From Gemmatimonadota bacterium (GTDB lineage Bacteria > Gemmatimonadota > Gemmatimonadetes > Palauibacterales > Palauibacteraceae), in assembly GCA_965207805.1 (NCBI GenBank), contig OZ242312.1:2233204-2297203 (forward strand): a stretch of DNA of 64,000 bases, given 5' to 3'. Numbering within the stretch: position 1 is the stretch's first letter; the number at the start of each line of letters is the position of its first letter. Positions 37,610 through 48,200 of the stretch are shown here, in pieces. Both the position numbers and the translations under genes were made by a program. Under the pieces are notes generated by a model. That model did not search any database, was not told where the DNA came from, and was given only the letters and a program-made list of their open reading frames with translations.

Positions 37610-37651
37610 GAAGCGGGCTCGGCAGCCCCCTGGAGGCCTGCGGCCCGCTTC
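37610..37651 (-). terminator. putative intrinsic terminator downstream of citrate synthase
   Basis: 9-bp stem GAAGCGGGC...GCCCGCTTC followed on the transcribed (minus) strand by CTTTCGTT. Coordinates are approximate. Confidence 0.45.
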
Positions 37652-37710
37652 CGTTGGCGTGATGGCCGGCGCCGGACGCGGCGGGCCCCGGCCCCTTCCG
37701 CGACTTCGGT

Positions 37711-38835
37711 TCAGCGCTCGTCCATCGGCACCCAGCGCAGGTCCATCTCACCCACATACTCCGCACGCGGCCGAATGAGCCGGTTGTCCGCGTGCTGCTC
37801 CATGACGTGCGCCGTCCAGCCACCCATCCGCCCCATCGCGAAGAGCGGCGTGTAGAGGTCGATCGGGATGCCCAGCGCGTAGTAGACCGTCGCGCAGTAG
37901 AAGTCGACGTTCGGGTTGATCCCCTTCTCGGAGATCATCCGGTCCTCCAGCTTCCGGGACATCTCGTAGAACTTTCCGAGGCCCGCCTGCTGTGTGAGGA
38001 CACGGGACATCTCGCGAAGATGCGTCGCCCGCGGATCCTCCGTCTTGTAGACGCGGTGGCCGAAGCCCATGATCTTCCGCTTCTCGGCGAAAGCCCGGTC
38101 GAGCCACGGCCCGACGTTTTCCGGGTCGCCGATCTCGATCAGCGTGTGCATGGCCCTCGCGTTCGCCCCGCCGTGCAGCTCGCCCTTCAGCGCTCCCACT
38201 CCTCCGGTCACGGCCGAGTGCATGTCCCCGAGCGTGGCGGCGATGACCCGACAGGCGAACGTCGAAGCGTTGAACCCGTGGTCGAGGTAGAGGAGCAGCG
38301 TCCGGTCGAGCGCATCGACGGCTTCCTCCGTGCCGGGCTCGCCATTCGCCATCCTCACGAAGTCGGCGGACAGGGAAAGCGATGGGTCGGGGTCCAGCGG
38401 CTCCAGTCCCTGCCGAATGCGGTGTATCGCCGCAATGATCGTGGGGGTCCGCGCCACGAGGCTCTCCGCCTTGCGCCGGTTCGCTTCGATCGAGTTGTCC
38501 TCGGCATCCGGGTCGTACACGCCCTCCAGCGAGACCCCGGTACGGAGGGCCGCCATCGGCACGGTCTCCGCCGGAAGACCCTTGAGTCCCGCTATCGTTC
38601 TCGGATCCAGCGCGCGCTGCGCGGCCAGCGCCGCCTCGAACTCGTCGAGTTCCGACCGCTTCGGCAGCCGCCCGTTCCAGAGCAGGAAGACGCTCTCGGG
38701 GAACGAGACGTTCGGCGCGAGTTCGTGGATGTTGTAGCCCCGATAGACGAGGATGCCCTTTAGTCCGTCGATGAAGCTGAGGTGAGTCTGCGAGGCGACG
38801 ACGCCTTCTAGCCCTTTCCCGGCGGCGGCGGTCAT
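37711..38835 (-). CDS. gltA: citrate synthase (short, about 374-aa type)
   Basis: Motifs ...LHGGANA..., GFGHRVYKTEDPR and ...NVDFY.... Confidence 0.85.
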   Translation of the reverse strand: MTAAAGKGLEGVVASQTHLSFIDGLKGILVYRGYNIHELAPNVSFPESVFLLWNGRLPKRSELDEFEAALAAQRALDPRTIAGLKGLPAETVPMAALRTGVSLEGVYDPDAEDNSIEANRRKAESLVARTPTIIAAIHRIRQGLEPLDPDPSLSLSADFVRMANGEPGTEEAVDALDRTLLLYLDHGFNASTFACRVIAATLGDMHSAVTGGVGALKGELHGGANARAMHTLIEIGDPENVGPWLDRAFAEKRKIMGFGHRVYKTEDPRATHLREMSRVLTQQAGLGKFYEMSRKLEDRMISEKGINPNVDFYCATVYYALGIPIDLYTPLFAMGRMGGWTAHVMEQHADNRLIRPRAEYVGEMDLRWVPMDER

Positions 38836-38883
38836 TCTGTCACGAGGCCTTTCAGTATGGCGCGGGAGGTTCCGCGCGGACGG

Positions 38884-39135
38884 CTAGCGGATGGCGGGGT
38901 CGAGTTTCGCCTGCTTGAAGTGCTTTTTGAGATCATCGAGACTGAGCTGTTCGAACGAACCCTGCGGAAGCCGAAGCCGCCGCTGGGTCTGGTACGGGTC
39001 GGAGAAGCAGACGAACACGACCGCCTCGAAATCGTCGGGCGGAGCCTTTTCGTTCGGATCCGGCCAGAAGACCTCGCGCGAAGCGAGCCATGCTTTCCAC
39101 CGGCGCCCGTCGTCATCCTGGAAGGTCTTTGTCAT
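38884..39135 (-). CDS. hypothetical protein (83 aa)
   Basis: ORF MTKTFQDDDGRRWKAWLASREVFWPDPNEKAPPDDFEAVVFVCFSDPYQTQRRLRLPQGSFEQLSLDDLKKHFKQAKLDPAIR. Strong SD GAGGTGG 4 nt upstream. Confidence 0.5.
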   Translation of the reverse strand: MTKTFQDDDGRRWKAWLASREVFWPDPNEKAPPDDFEAVVFVCFSDPYQTQRRLRLPQGSFEQLSLDDLKKHFKQAKLDPAIR

Positions 39136-39472
39136 TTCCACCTCTGGTGGCCGGGGACGCTCCGTCCGTGAACGGACAGCGGGACGTTTCCGGCCTCGAT
39201 ACGCACTTTTCGCAGCCAAGAAAGATAGCGTACGATCACGAAATCGGGAAGAAGGTTCGCGGTCGGAGGGATCGGCGAATGGCGGTCTGTCTCGGTCAGC
39301 CCGGCGGGACCTCCCCATCCGGCGCATCTGGTCCGGGGAGCCGGCATCCGAACGCGAAACCACCCCCCATGAGAAGGCCGACGAGCAGTCCGAGCAGAAT
39401 CGTCACGAGGACGTAGTACAGTGTGATAGTCATGCCGGAAGAATGTCGGATCCGACCGCGGATGTCCAGCGC

Positions 39473-40237
39473 TTATGTGCGGCGTCGGTGCAGGCGCCGG
39501 AGAACGCGTTGCTGGAAGGCGATCCGTTCCATCACCCGATCGACGATCCGTTGGGCGTTCTGTCGCGAACGGCCCTCGGCGGCGAGATCGTCGTACGGCA
39601 CGGGCCGGCCCACGTAGATGGAAACCCGCTGCCCGATCCGCGGCAGGCGGGAGCCTATGGGAAGGACGCGATCCAGTCCTTCCAGCGTGATCGGGACCAC
39701 CTGCGGCCGCGTCTGGAGAATGACCATGCCCGCCCCGGCGCGACCGCGTCCGACCCGCCCGTTCCGCGAGCGCGTACCCTCCGGGAAGAGCGTGAGTATC
39801 CCCGCTCGAAGCACGTTTGCCGAGCGGATCATCGCGCTCAGGTCGCGGCGGCCGCGCCGCACCGGAATGCACTGGAACTGGTGGAACACCCAGCCGAAAA
39901 ACGGGTTTCTGAAGAAGTTCTCCGCCGCCGCCGCATTCCAGGGCGCCAGGCGGGGCCTGAATGTCTTTTCGGGAAAGAACAGGTAGTAGGCGATCGGAAA
40001 CGAGTCGATCATCGATTGATGATTCGAGAGGACGAGCGTGTTCGGAAGGTGGGGGACGCGTCGCCGCCCGTAGACCCGCGTTCGATTGAGGAGACCGAAG
40101 AGGAGGAAAACGCAGGGTGGAGCCACGAGGTTCGTGATGATCCAGCGCGTGACCGGCGTCAGCCACCGCGTGATGGGGCCCGGGGCCCAATCCGGGGGCG
40201 ATCCGCTCGCCCGCTTCGGGTTCTCGCGATCCATCAT
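39473..40237 (-). CDS. plsC: 1-acyl-sn-glycerol-3-phosphate acyltransferase family protein
   Basis: Acyltransferase motifs NHQSMID (HX4D) and FPEGTRS, with an N-terminal TM helix. Confidence 0.8.
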   Translation of the reverse strand: MMDRENPKRASGSPPDWAPGPITRWLTPVTRWIITNLVAPPCVFLLFGLLNRTRVYGRRRVPHLPNTLVLSNHQSMIDSFPIAYYLFFPEKTFRPRLAPWNAAAAENFFRNPFFGWVFHQFQCIPVRRGRRDLSAMIRSANVLRAGILTLFPEGTRSRNGRVGRGRAGAGMVILQTRPQVVPITLEGLDRVLPIGSRLPRIGQRVSIYVGRPVPYDDLAAEGRSRQNAQRIVDRVMERIAFQQRVLRRLHRRRT

Positions 40238-40332
40238 CGCCTGAGAGTAGGTTGCCTCGGAATCGGCGGGAAGGCCGGGCGGTCGAAACGCCGGCGAACC
40301 ATGAAGACCTGGAGCCAGCGCGCGTGCGAGTG

Positions 40333-41568
40333 ATGGATCTTGCCATCATCGGAGGAGGGCCGGTCGGGCTCGAGGCTGCGGCCCGCGCGGCCCGCATGGG
40401 CCTCACGACGGTCCTGTTCGAGGGCGGGACGGTGGCGGATCACGTCCGGGCCTGGGGCTGGCTTCGGCTCTTCTCCCCATTCGAGTGGAACGCGGGACCC
40501 GCCGGGCTTGAGATGCTGCGCGGGCGGGGGGCCGAACTGCCGGCGGCGGGAACGCTGCTCACGGGCGCGGAGTTGCGGACGTACTATCTGCTGCCCCTCG
40601 CCGCGGCCCTGCGGTCGCGCGTGGAGGTCCGCGAGGGCGCGCGCGTGCGGGACGTCGCCCGGGCGGACCGGCTGAAGGGCGAGGGGCTCGGCGAGGCCGC
40701 ACGGGCCGAAGAGCCCTTCCGGCTGCTCGTGGAGGAGGGCGGAACCGAGACCGAGGTGTTCGCCCGGGCCGTGTTCGACTGCTCGGGAACCTACGGCCGC
40801 CCCAACTGGGCGGGCCCGGGCGGCACGCCCGCTATCGGCGAGCGATCCGCGCGACGTGCGATCGAATACCGCATCCCGGATGCGTTCGGGGCCCAGCGTG
40901 GGCGCTACGCGGCGCGACGAACGCTCCTCCTCGGAAGCGGACATTCGGCGGCCACCACCGCGTGCGCGCTCGCGGCGCTGGCCCGGGCCGTCCCGGGGAC
41001 GCGGTTCACCTGGGCCAGCCGCGAGGCGCACGGCGTCCCGCTGCGCGCGATCCCGGATGATCCGCTCCCCGAACGCGTGAAGCTCACGCGCCGCGCCAAC
41101 GCGATCGCGGCCGAACCGCCCCCCGGTTGCGAGTGGCTCTCACGGAGTCGGCTGCTCGCCGTCCGGCCGACCGATGCGCGCGGGCTCGAGGTCGACCTGG
41201 AGATTGACGGAGAGACTCGGCGTGACCGGTTCGATCGGGTCGTGGCAAACGTCGGCTACGAGCCCGACGATCACCTGTATCGCCAACTCCAGGTGCACGC
41301 CTGCTACGCGTCTCTTGGCCCCATGGGGGTCTCGGCCGCGCTCCTCGCCGCTCAGGGCCCGCCGGGCGACGCGCCCGCCGACTGCTGTATCGGGGCGGAC
41401 GCGCTCGGGCCCGAGACGCTGCGCAACCCGGAGCCCGATTTCTTCATCCTCGGCGCCAAGAGCTTCGGCAAGAACTCCGCCTTCCTCATGCAGACGGGGT
41501 ACGAGCAGGTCGCCGACGCGTTCTCGCTCCTCGGCTGGAACGCCGCGCGCGCGACCGGGACGCGCTGA
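40333..41568 (+). CDS. FAD/NAD(P)-binding oxidoreductase
   Basis: Rossmann dinucleotide motif MDLAIIGGGPVGLEAAARAARMG at the inferred start. Function not assignable from sequence alone. Confidence 0.65.
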   Translation: MDLAIIGGGPVGLEAAARAARMGLTTVLFEGGTVADHVRAWGWLRLFSPFEWNAGPAGLEMLRGRGAELPAAGTLLTGAELRTYYLLPLAAALRSRVEVREGARVRDVARADRLKGEGLGEAARAEEPFRLLVEEGGTETEVFARAVFDCSGTYGRPNWAGPGGTPAIGERSARRAIEYRIPDAFGAQRGRYAARRTLLLGSGHSAATTACALAALARAVPGTRFTWASREAHGVPLRAIPDDPLPERVKLTRRANAIAAEPPPGCEWLSRSRLLAVRPTDARGLEVDLEIDGETRRDRFDRVVANVGYEPDDHLYRQLQVHACYASLGPMGVSAALLAAQGPPGDAPADCCIGADALGPETLRNPEPDFFILGAKSFGKNSAFLMQTGYEQVADAFSLLGWNAARATGTR

Positions 41569-41596
41569 CCGGGCCGGCCGCGTCGGCCGGCCGCGC

Positions 41597-43291
41597 TCAC
41601 ATCCGCTTGTAGGCCGGGCCGCTGCCGCCCTCACGCGGCGTCCAGCGCGGACCGAGGACGTCCGTCGCCTTGCAGTCGATGCAGTTCGGCGCGTTCACCA
41701 CCAGGCGATCGCCGTCGCGCTCGTACACGCCCGCCGGACAGAGGCTCGCGTACAGTTCCGCCATCTCCGGCGATACTGCCGTGCCCGCTTCGCCGCCCGC
41801 CAGAAGGTGCGAGGGGATATCGTCCCGGGTCGCGTTCCCGGAGCGGAAGACCGCGTCGACCTTGGCGACGGCGTGCTCGGAGTCATACGCGGAGTCGAGC
41901 CCCAAACGCTTGTGACGAGGGCCCGCCGCGTCGGGCTCGCTCGGGATCCGGGCGCCGGGAAACGTTCCGCCCGTGGCCTGCATGAGCCCCGCCCTGAGGC
42001 CTCCCGAGAAGAAGCCGGACTTGAAGGCGAGCCGCTGGTTCCGGTTGCGGTACAGCGGGTCCTGGATGAGGCTCTCCCGCAGCGCCGCGTCGTAGGACGC
42101 GAGCCGAGCCGCCGGGACGGCGCCCTCCGCCCCGTCCGCCTGGGCGGGCCCGGCCGACAGGGCCCGGCCGATGGCGTCGGCCGCGAGGACGCCCGACCGC
42201 ATCGCGTAGTGGATGCCCTTGAGTGACGCGACGTCGACGAGTCCCGCGGCATCTCCCGCGATGAGCAGCCCATCCCCGCTCAGCCGGTCCGGGATGGCAT
42301 GGTAGCCGCCCTCCGGAATCGTCTTCGCTCCCCACTCCACGAGTTCGCCCCCGTCCAGGATCTCGCGCACGAACGGGTGCTGCTTGAAGCGCTGCAGCAG
42401 CGCATGCACGTCGAGGTCGACGTAGGGCGCGTCGAGGCCCACGACGAGACCCAGCGACACGAGATTCCCGCCCATGGGATAGATGAAGCTGCCGCCGAAC
42501 GCATCCCGCGGAAGCGGCCAGCCCATGGTATGCGTGACCGCGTCGGGCGGATGCGCGACCTCCCACAGTTCCTTGACGCCGAGCGCGAAGATCTGCGGGT
42601 TCGCCGAACCGACGCCCTCCAGCTCGAGCCAGGCCTGGCTCAGGGGTCCGCGGGTCCCTTCGGCGAGCACGGTGACCCGCGCGGAGAGGTCCGTGGCCGG
42701 CATGTAGCCGCCCTCCGGATTCCCCTCGCGGTCGAGACCGGCGGGGGTCGTGCGGACGCCGGTGACCTGCCCTTCGCGCATGAGGAGGGCATCGGCCGGG
42801 AACCCCGTGAACACGTTCACCCCCAGCCCTTCCGCCTGCGCCCCCAGCCAGCGCACGATCTCGCAGATCGAGGCCACGTGATAGCCGTGGTTCCGCATCG
42901 AGGGCGGGGTCGGGAGCCGGACCCTTCCGCGCTCCGTGAGGAGCAGCACCCGGTCGCCGGCTACGCGGCCACGGAGGGGAAGCTCCGCCTCGTCGAGGTC
43001 CGGGAAGAGCGTACGAAAAGCCTGCGGGTTCACGACCGCCCCGGAGAGGCAGTGCTCCCCGAGTTCACCCGACTTCTCGAGAACGCCGATCTCGAGGTCG
43101 ACGAGCGGCCCTCCTTCCGCGCGATCGCGCGCCGCGAGTTGCGCCAGCCGGATCGCTCCCGCGAGCCCGGCCGGACCTCCGCCCACGAACAGGACATCGA
43201 GCGGCACTGCCTCCGGGTCGGGATCCCCTTCGATGATGAAGCGCGCCCGGGGCAGCGGTAGCTGCGCGGACGCGGGAATCAGCGATTTCAC
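41597..43291 (-). CDS. electron-transfer flavoprotein:ubiquinone oxidoreductase (ETF-QO)
   Basis: FAD motif VLFVGGGPAGLAGA and C-terminal 4Fe-4S ferredoxin-like CPAGVY...NCIDCKA. Confidence 0.85.
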   Translation of the reverse strand: MKSLIPASAQLPLPRARFIIEGDPDPEAVPLDVLFVGGGPAGLAGAIRLAQLAARDRAEGGPLVDLEIGVLEKSGELGEHCLSGAVVNPQAFRTLFPDLDEAELPLRGRVAGDRVLLLTERGRVRLPTPPSMRNHGYHVASICEIVRWLGAQAEGLGVNVFTGFPADALLMREGQVTGVRTTPAGLDREGNPEGGYMPATDLSARVTVLAEGTRGPLSQAWLELEGVGSANPQIFALGVKELWEVAHPPDAVTHTMGWPLPRDAFGGSFIYPMGGNLVSLGLVVGLDAPYVDLDVHALLQRFKQHPFVREILDGGELVEWGAKTIPEGGYHAIPDRLSGDGLLIAGDAAGLVDVASLKGIHYAMRSGVLAADAIGRALSAGPAQADGAEGAVPAARLASYDAALRESLIQDPLYRNRNQRLAFKSGFFSGGLRAGLMQATGGTFPGARIPSEPDAAGPRHKRLGLDSAYDSEHAVAKVDAVFRSGNATRDDIPSHLLAGGEAGTAVSPEMAELYASLCPAGVYERDGDRLVVNAPNCIDCKATDVLGPRWTPREGGSGPAYKRM

Positions 43292-44391
43292 CGCGGGGTC
43301 CCTAGAACGCCCGCCTCGCGGAGCAAGTCCAGCGTGGGTTCGAGCGGGAGAGATTCGACCGACCGTCCCCCGTGGCCCGTCACGGACATCGCCTTGAACA
43401 GCGAGTTGATGACGGCTTCATCCGTCGCTTCGACCACCGCCTCGAAGACGCGCGACAGGGCACGCCCGTCCCTGACCGCGGGCTCCTCGCCCGTCGAGAA
43501 GGCGATCGCGTAGTCGCCGGAACCGTGCGACATGTACGACCCGGCGCGGGCGAGCCCCATGAACGAGCGGTCGGCCACCCGGTCGAGTTCGCGGTGGGCC
43601 AGCGGCAAGTCCGTCGCGATCACGATCATCACGGAACCGTCGCCATCCCCCTCGGCGCGCGCTCCACGCAGACCGGCCGCGGCGAGCTTCTCTCCAACCC
43701 TCACGCCGTCGATCCGCAGCGAGCCGCCGAAGTTGCTCTGCACGAGCACGCCGACGGTCACGACCCGCCCGCCGATCTCGACCCGCCGGGAGGAGGTCCC
43801 GATGCCGCCCTTCCAGCCGAAGGCGATCGTCCCTGTCCCCGCCCCGACCGTCCCCTCCTCCACCGGGCCGCTCGCCGCGGTCCGCAGCGCTTCGCGCACG
43901 TGCTCGGGCCGGATCGGGCGGACGCGGATGTCGCTCAGGTACCCGTCGTTCGTCTCGCCGACGACCGGGTTCATCGACCGCACGTCGCGGTTCGCGGGGA
44001 GCGACAGGAGCGTGTCGAGGAGGGCGTCGGCCGCGCGGAACACACTCAGCGTCCCGGTGAGGAGGATCGGCGTCTCGAGTTCGCCGAGCTCGTTGACCTG
44101 GCTCAGTCCCACGAGCTTCCCGAAGCCGTTCCCGACCGCGATCGCCGCCCGCACCCGCCGCTCAAAGACGTTGTCGCCGTGGGGGAGAATCGCCGTGACC
44201 CCCGTGCGGATCGAGTCGCCCTCCCACACCGTGCGGTGGCCGACCCGCACCCCGGGCACGTCCGTGATCGCATTCAGCGGCCCCGCCGGCAGGCGCCCGA
44301 TGAGGACGCCCGCCTCCCGCGCTCGGGGCCGCTCCCCGCCGGCCGGCCGCGCCTCCTGGCCCGTGGCGTCCGCGGGCGGCAATAACGCCAT
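43288..44391 (-). CDS. DmpA/S58-family aminopeptidase-like protein
   Basis: ...IGRLPAGPLNAITDVPGVRVGH...GTGTIAFGWKGGIGTSSR... typical of the L-aminopeptidase D-Ala-esterase/amidase family. Start uncertain; the ORF runs to 44643. Confidence 0.65.
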   Translation of the reverse strand: MALLPPADATGQEARPAGGERPRAREAGVLIGRLPAGPLNAITDVPGVRVGHRTVWEGDSIRTGVTAILPHGDNVFERRVRAAIAVGNGFGKLVGLSQVNELGELETPILLTGTLSVFRAADALLDTLLSLPANRDVRSMNPVVGETNDGYLSDIRVRPIRPEHVREALRTAASGPVEEGTVGAGTGTIAFGWKGGIGTSSRRVEIGGRVVTVGVLVQSNFGGSLRIDGVRVGEKLAAAGLRGARAEGDGDGSVMIVIATDLPLAHRELDRVADRSFMGLARAGSYMSHGSGDYAIAFSTGEEPAVRDGRALSRVFEAVVEATDEAVINSLFKAMSVTGHGGRSVESLPLEPTLDLLREAGVLGTPR

Positions 44392-44440
44392 GGCTGCGAG
44401 TACGATCGCTGCCGGCGTTCCCGCCTTGCTGGCCGTCCGG

Positions 44441-45127
44441 CTAGTTCCCACCGGTGATCGTGGCCCGCTCGATGTAGTCCAGTTCAGCGAACTCTGCCTG
44501 CAGGTAGGCGTTCCCCTCGTCCTGAATACGCCCCTGGCTCGGCCCGCTTCCGCCCGGCGCACCCTCCCCGTACTCGGAATACAGTGCGTCCACCACGTCC
44601 ATGCCTTCAATGACCTCGCCGATGGCGGCGAATCCCATCCCATCGAGGCGCGAGTTGTCGCCGAAGTTGATGAAGAGCTGCGTGCTCCGGCTGTTCGGCA
44701 TGGACGTCTGCGCGAAGCTTATTCTCCCGCGCGTATTGCCGACGACCACCGGATCGTCCTGGATGTTCGCGTCCCGCCACGCGCTCTGGATCTCCGGATT
44801 TCCATTGATCCCGAACTGCGCCATGAAGCCGGCGATCACGCGGAAGAACCGCACGTCGTCGAAGAACCCGTTCTCCACCAGGTTGTAGAAGCGGTCCACG
44901 CCGTTGGGGGCCCACTGGCGGTGCGCCTCCACCACGAACGTGCCCTTCGAAGTCTCGAAGCGCGCCCGAAAAGTCTCCGGTGCCGTCATGTTCACCTCTG
45001 CAGAAGCCGGGTCCCCGAGGAATTCGCTCGGCCCTCCGCCCCGTTCGCAGGCGGTCACCGCCAGCAGACACCCGAGGAGCAGCCAACCCGGCCTGAAACC
45101 GGACCTGGATAGACGCGACCGTACCAT
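44441..45127 (-). CDS. peptidyl-prolyl cis-trans isomerase, cyclophilin type (lipoprotein)
   Basis: Lipobox LLLGCLLAVTAC followed by cyclophilin motifs ...FFRVIAGFMAQFG...GRISFAQTSMPNSRSTQLFINF.... Confidence 0.85.
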   Translation of the reverse strand: MVRSRLSRSGFRPGWLLLGCLLAVTACERGGGPSEFLGDPASAEVNMTAPETFRARFETSKGTFVVEAHRQWAPNGVDRFYNLVENGFFDDVRFFRVIAGFMAQFGINGNPEIQSAWRDANIQDDPVVVGNTRGRISFAQTSMPNSRSTQLFINFGDNSRLDGMGFAAIGEVIEGMDVVDALYSEYGEGAPGGSGPSQGRIQDEGNAYLQAEFAELDYIERATITGGN

Positions 45128-45204
45128 CTCGACCCCCGTCAGCTTCTTGTGTGTTTGAGTGCGCCCCGGCGGACCGCTGCCACGGCCTCCCGGCGGGCGT
45201 GCCG

Positions 45205-48200
45205 TCAGATACGGCGTGCCACGATGTAACGATATGCGACCGGAATTGCGACGAGCACGAACAACGTACTCGAAATCAACCCGCCGATGGTCGCGAGCGC
45301 GAGGGCGTTCCAGATGTTCTGATCCTGGGACGGGGCGAACAGAACGAGCGGCAGGAGTCCGAACACCGTCGTGAGCGTCGTCATGAGGATGGGGCGCACG
45401 CGCTCCAGCGTCCCCTGTACGATCGCCGCGGCCGTCGGCATGCGTTTGCGCACTTCGCCGATATGGTAGACCACAAGGATGGCGTTGTTCACCACGATGC
45501 CGCCCATCATGATCGTGCCGATGAACGCGGTGCGGGTGAACGTGGCGTCGGTGTAGAAGAAGATGAGGAAGACGCCGATGAGGGCGAAGGGCAGCGAGAA
45601 GAGCACGACGAACGGCGCCAGGAGCGACTCGAACAGACCCGCCGTCACCATGTAGATGAGGAGGATGGAGAAGGCGAGCACGACCCACATTTGCGTCGTC
45701 TCCTCGGTCGTCCAGCCCCCGTAACGCGACTTCTCGATCCGGTACCCCGGCGGGAGTTCCATCGCGTCCACCACCGCGTCGCGGACGAGGTCGCCGAACC
45801 TCACCGGTCCCCGGAACTCCCAGGCCACGGTCCGCTCGTACTGCTGGTCTTCGCGTCGGATGCTGGCCAGAACCTGCCGCCGCCCCACCTCCGCGACGTT
45901 GGCGAGCCGGAGTTCCTCGCGGGAAGAGATCGGCACGCGGAGATCGCTCAGATCGTGGAAGTCGAACTCGCGGTACCCGTCCACCTTGACGGCGTACCGC
46001 ACCTCCTCGCCGCCCACCCGGATCCGGCTCCCGAACGGCCGACCCTGAATGTTGCTGGACACGTAGTTGAGCAACTGCTGCACCGGGAGGTTGTACGCCG
46101 CCAGCGCCTCCCGGTCCGGCTCCACGTAGTACTCGAATTCCCGGTCGCGCTGATACCAGTTGCTGTTCGCGTTCGGGTCCACGTCACGGATCCGAGCGAA
46201 TCGCGTCAGACGCGACGCAATCTCCTCGGCGATCTCCTGCACCGTCAGGTAGTTGTACCCGAGCACCTGGAGACTGTAGTTGGGCGGGCTCGAGCCGCCG
46301 CCGTAGAAGCTCGGACCGAACCCCCGCACGAAGACGTCGACGCCCGAGAACCCGTAGCTGTAGGCCGTCATCTGGTCCTTGATGGCCACCGGGATGGATG
46401 TGTGCTCGAGTTCGTCGGGGAATTGCGCGCGCATGAAGGCGTAGTTGGGCCGAACCTGCGCCTCGAAGCGTTCCACTTCAGCGATGGTGGCAAGCTTCGC
46501 CTCGAAGGAACGCGCGAGTTCGTCCGTGCGCTCCAGCCCCGCGCCGCGCGGGAAGCTGATCGTGATCGTGATATAGCTGTCGCTCCCGCCGAATCCGCTC
46601 CAGTACCTCCCCGTGCTCACATGTTCGTCGAACAGATACCAGCTCCCGGCGAGGCTCCCGAGGCAGACGAGCGCGACCAGGACGGGGTGCCGGAGCGCGA
46701 ACCCGAGGAGCGACCGGTATCCCATGATGTAGAACGGTTCGGACGGCCGGATCGGCGCTTTTGCGGCGTCCCCCGTCGTCAAGCCCGGATCGACCACGGC
46801 CCCGGAGGAATCCCGCATGCGGGAGATGCGCGACGCGAGAGCCGGAACGAAGGTGAACGCCACGAAGAGGCTCGCGATGATCGAGAAGCCCACGGCGAAC
46901 GTGAGCGGCAGGTAGTAGACCCGCAGCTCCCCCTGCAGGAAGAGGAAGGGGACGAGCACGATCGCGGTCGTCAGCGTCGCCGCGAGGACCGGCAGGACGA
47001 CCTGGCGCGCCCCGCGGCTCGCGGCATCGGATGGGTCCGCCCCCGCCCGGCGATGACGCTCCACGTTTTCGAGCACGACGATGCCGTTGTCCACGACGAG
47101 GCCGAACCCCCACGCGAGTCCCCACAGCGTGAGCAGGTTGAGCGAGAACCCGCCGATGTAAAGGAAATTCACCGCCGTCAGGACGCTGAACCCGATCGTG
47201 GCGAACACGACGAGGACGGCGCCGAGCGACCGCAGGAAGAGCGTGAGCACGATGAAGATCACGATGGCGGCGGCGATGGCGCGGAGCCGAAGTTCCGTGA
47301 GCTGCTCACGGATGTTCTCGCTCTGATCCTGCAGCAACTCGAGGCCCACGCCCGCCGGAAGCGTGGAGCCCAGCTCGGTCATCGCGGCCTTCACGTCGTC
47401 CGCGATCTGGATCACGTTCGTGCCCGACTGGCGGTACACACTGATCGAGATCGTGGGCTGCGAGTTGATGCGCCAGAAGAACAGCGGGTCTTCCGTCTGG
47501 TCGCGCACGTGCCCCAGATCGCCCACGCGGACGGGTCCATCCGGCCGCGTGAGAACGATCATGTCCGCGATGTCGGACACCTCGAGCGCCCGGGTGCGAA
47601 CGGCGATGGCAAACTGCCGCCCATCGAGTTCGACCGATCCCGGAGCGTTCGGCTCGGAGAGCTCGGCGATCCGCCGGCTGACGTCCTCGGGCCGCAGCCC
47701 GAGCGCCTCCAGCCGGCCCCGGTCGAGCTCGACCGCGATTTCGCGGCGCTCGGCCCCCCGCACGTCCACCGCGGACACGCCCGGCAGCCCCCGCACGAAG
47801 GGCGCGATCTCCTCCTCGGCGATCTCTCCCAGGCGCGCGAACGTGTAGGGGCCGGTGAGGGAGAAGCTGAGCAGCCGCTCCTCTTCCTCGGCAAATTCCT
47901 GCGGGACGTACTCGGAGAGGAGGGGCACCACGCCCTCGGGCAACTCGTCCCGGATCGAGTTGATCCGTTCGCCGAGCTCGAGGCGGGCGAACTCCATGCG
48001 CGTATCGCGCTCGAATTCGACTTCGATGCGGGCGCTGGACCCCGTCCCGCGTGGATCGGCGGAGGATTCCGAGACGACCCTCTCCACGCCGCCGACCTGC
48101 TGGATGACGGTTTCGAGCGGCGCGGTCACGAACGCTTCCAGCGCCTCGGGAGAGGCGCCGTTCCACGTGGCGGAGACTGTGAGACGGGGGAACTCGACCT

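Noticed and set aside
39132-40406. 424-aa minus-strand ORF overlapping plsC in another frame. Likewise 34695..35876 inside the OMP gene and 14695..15951 overlapping moaA.
   Set aside because: These are alternate-frame ORFs of real genes with low-complexity translations. Only the 3'-terminal 81 codons of 14695..15951, which start at an ATG overlapping the moaA stop, were kept as a candidate gene.
43288-44643. The long N-terminal extension of the DmpA-like ORF (starting at 44643) as a signal peptide or extra domain.
   Set aside because: The extension is Trp/Arg/Ser-rich with no hydrophobic core. Conserved DmpA sequence begins around IGRLPAGPLNAITDVPGVRVGH, so the extension is probably upstream read-through in the GC-rich frame. 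The true start is likely near 44391 or a nearby GTG.
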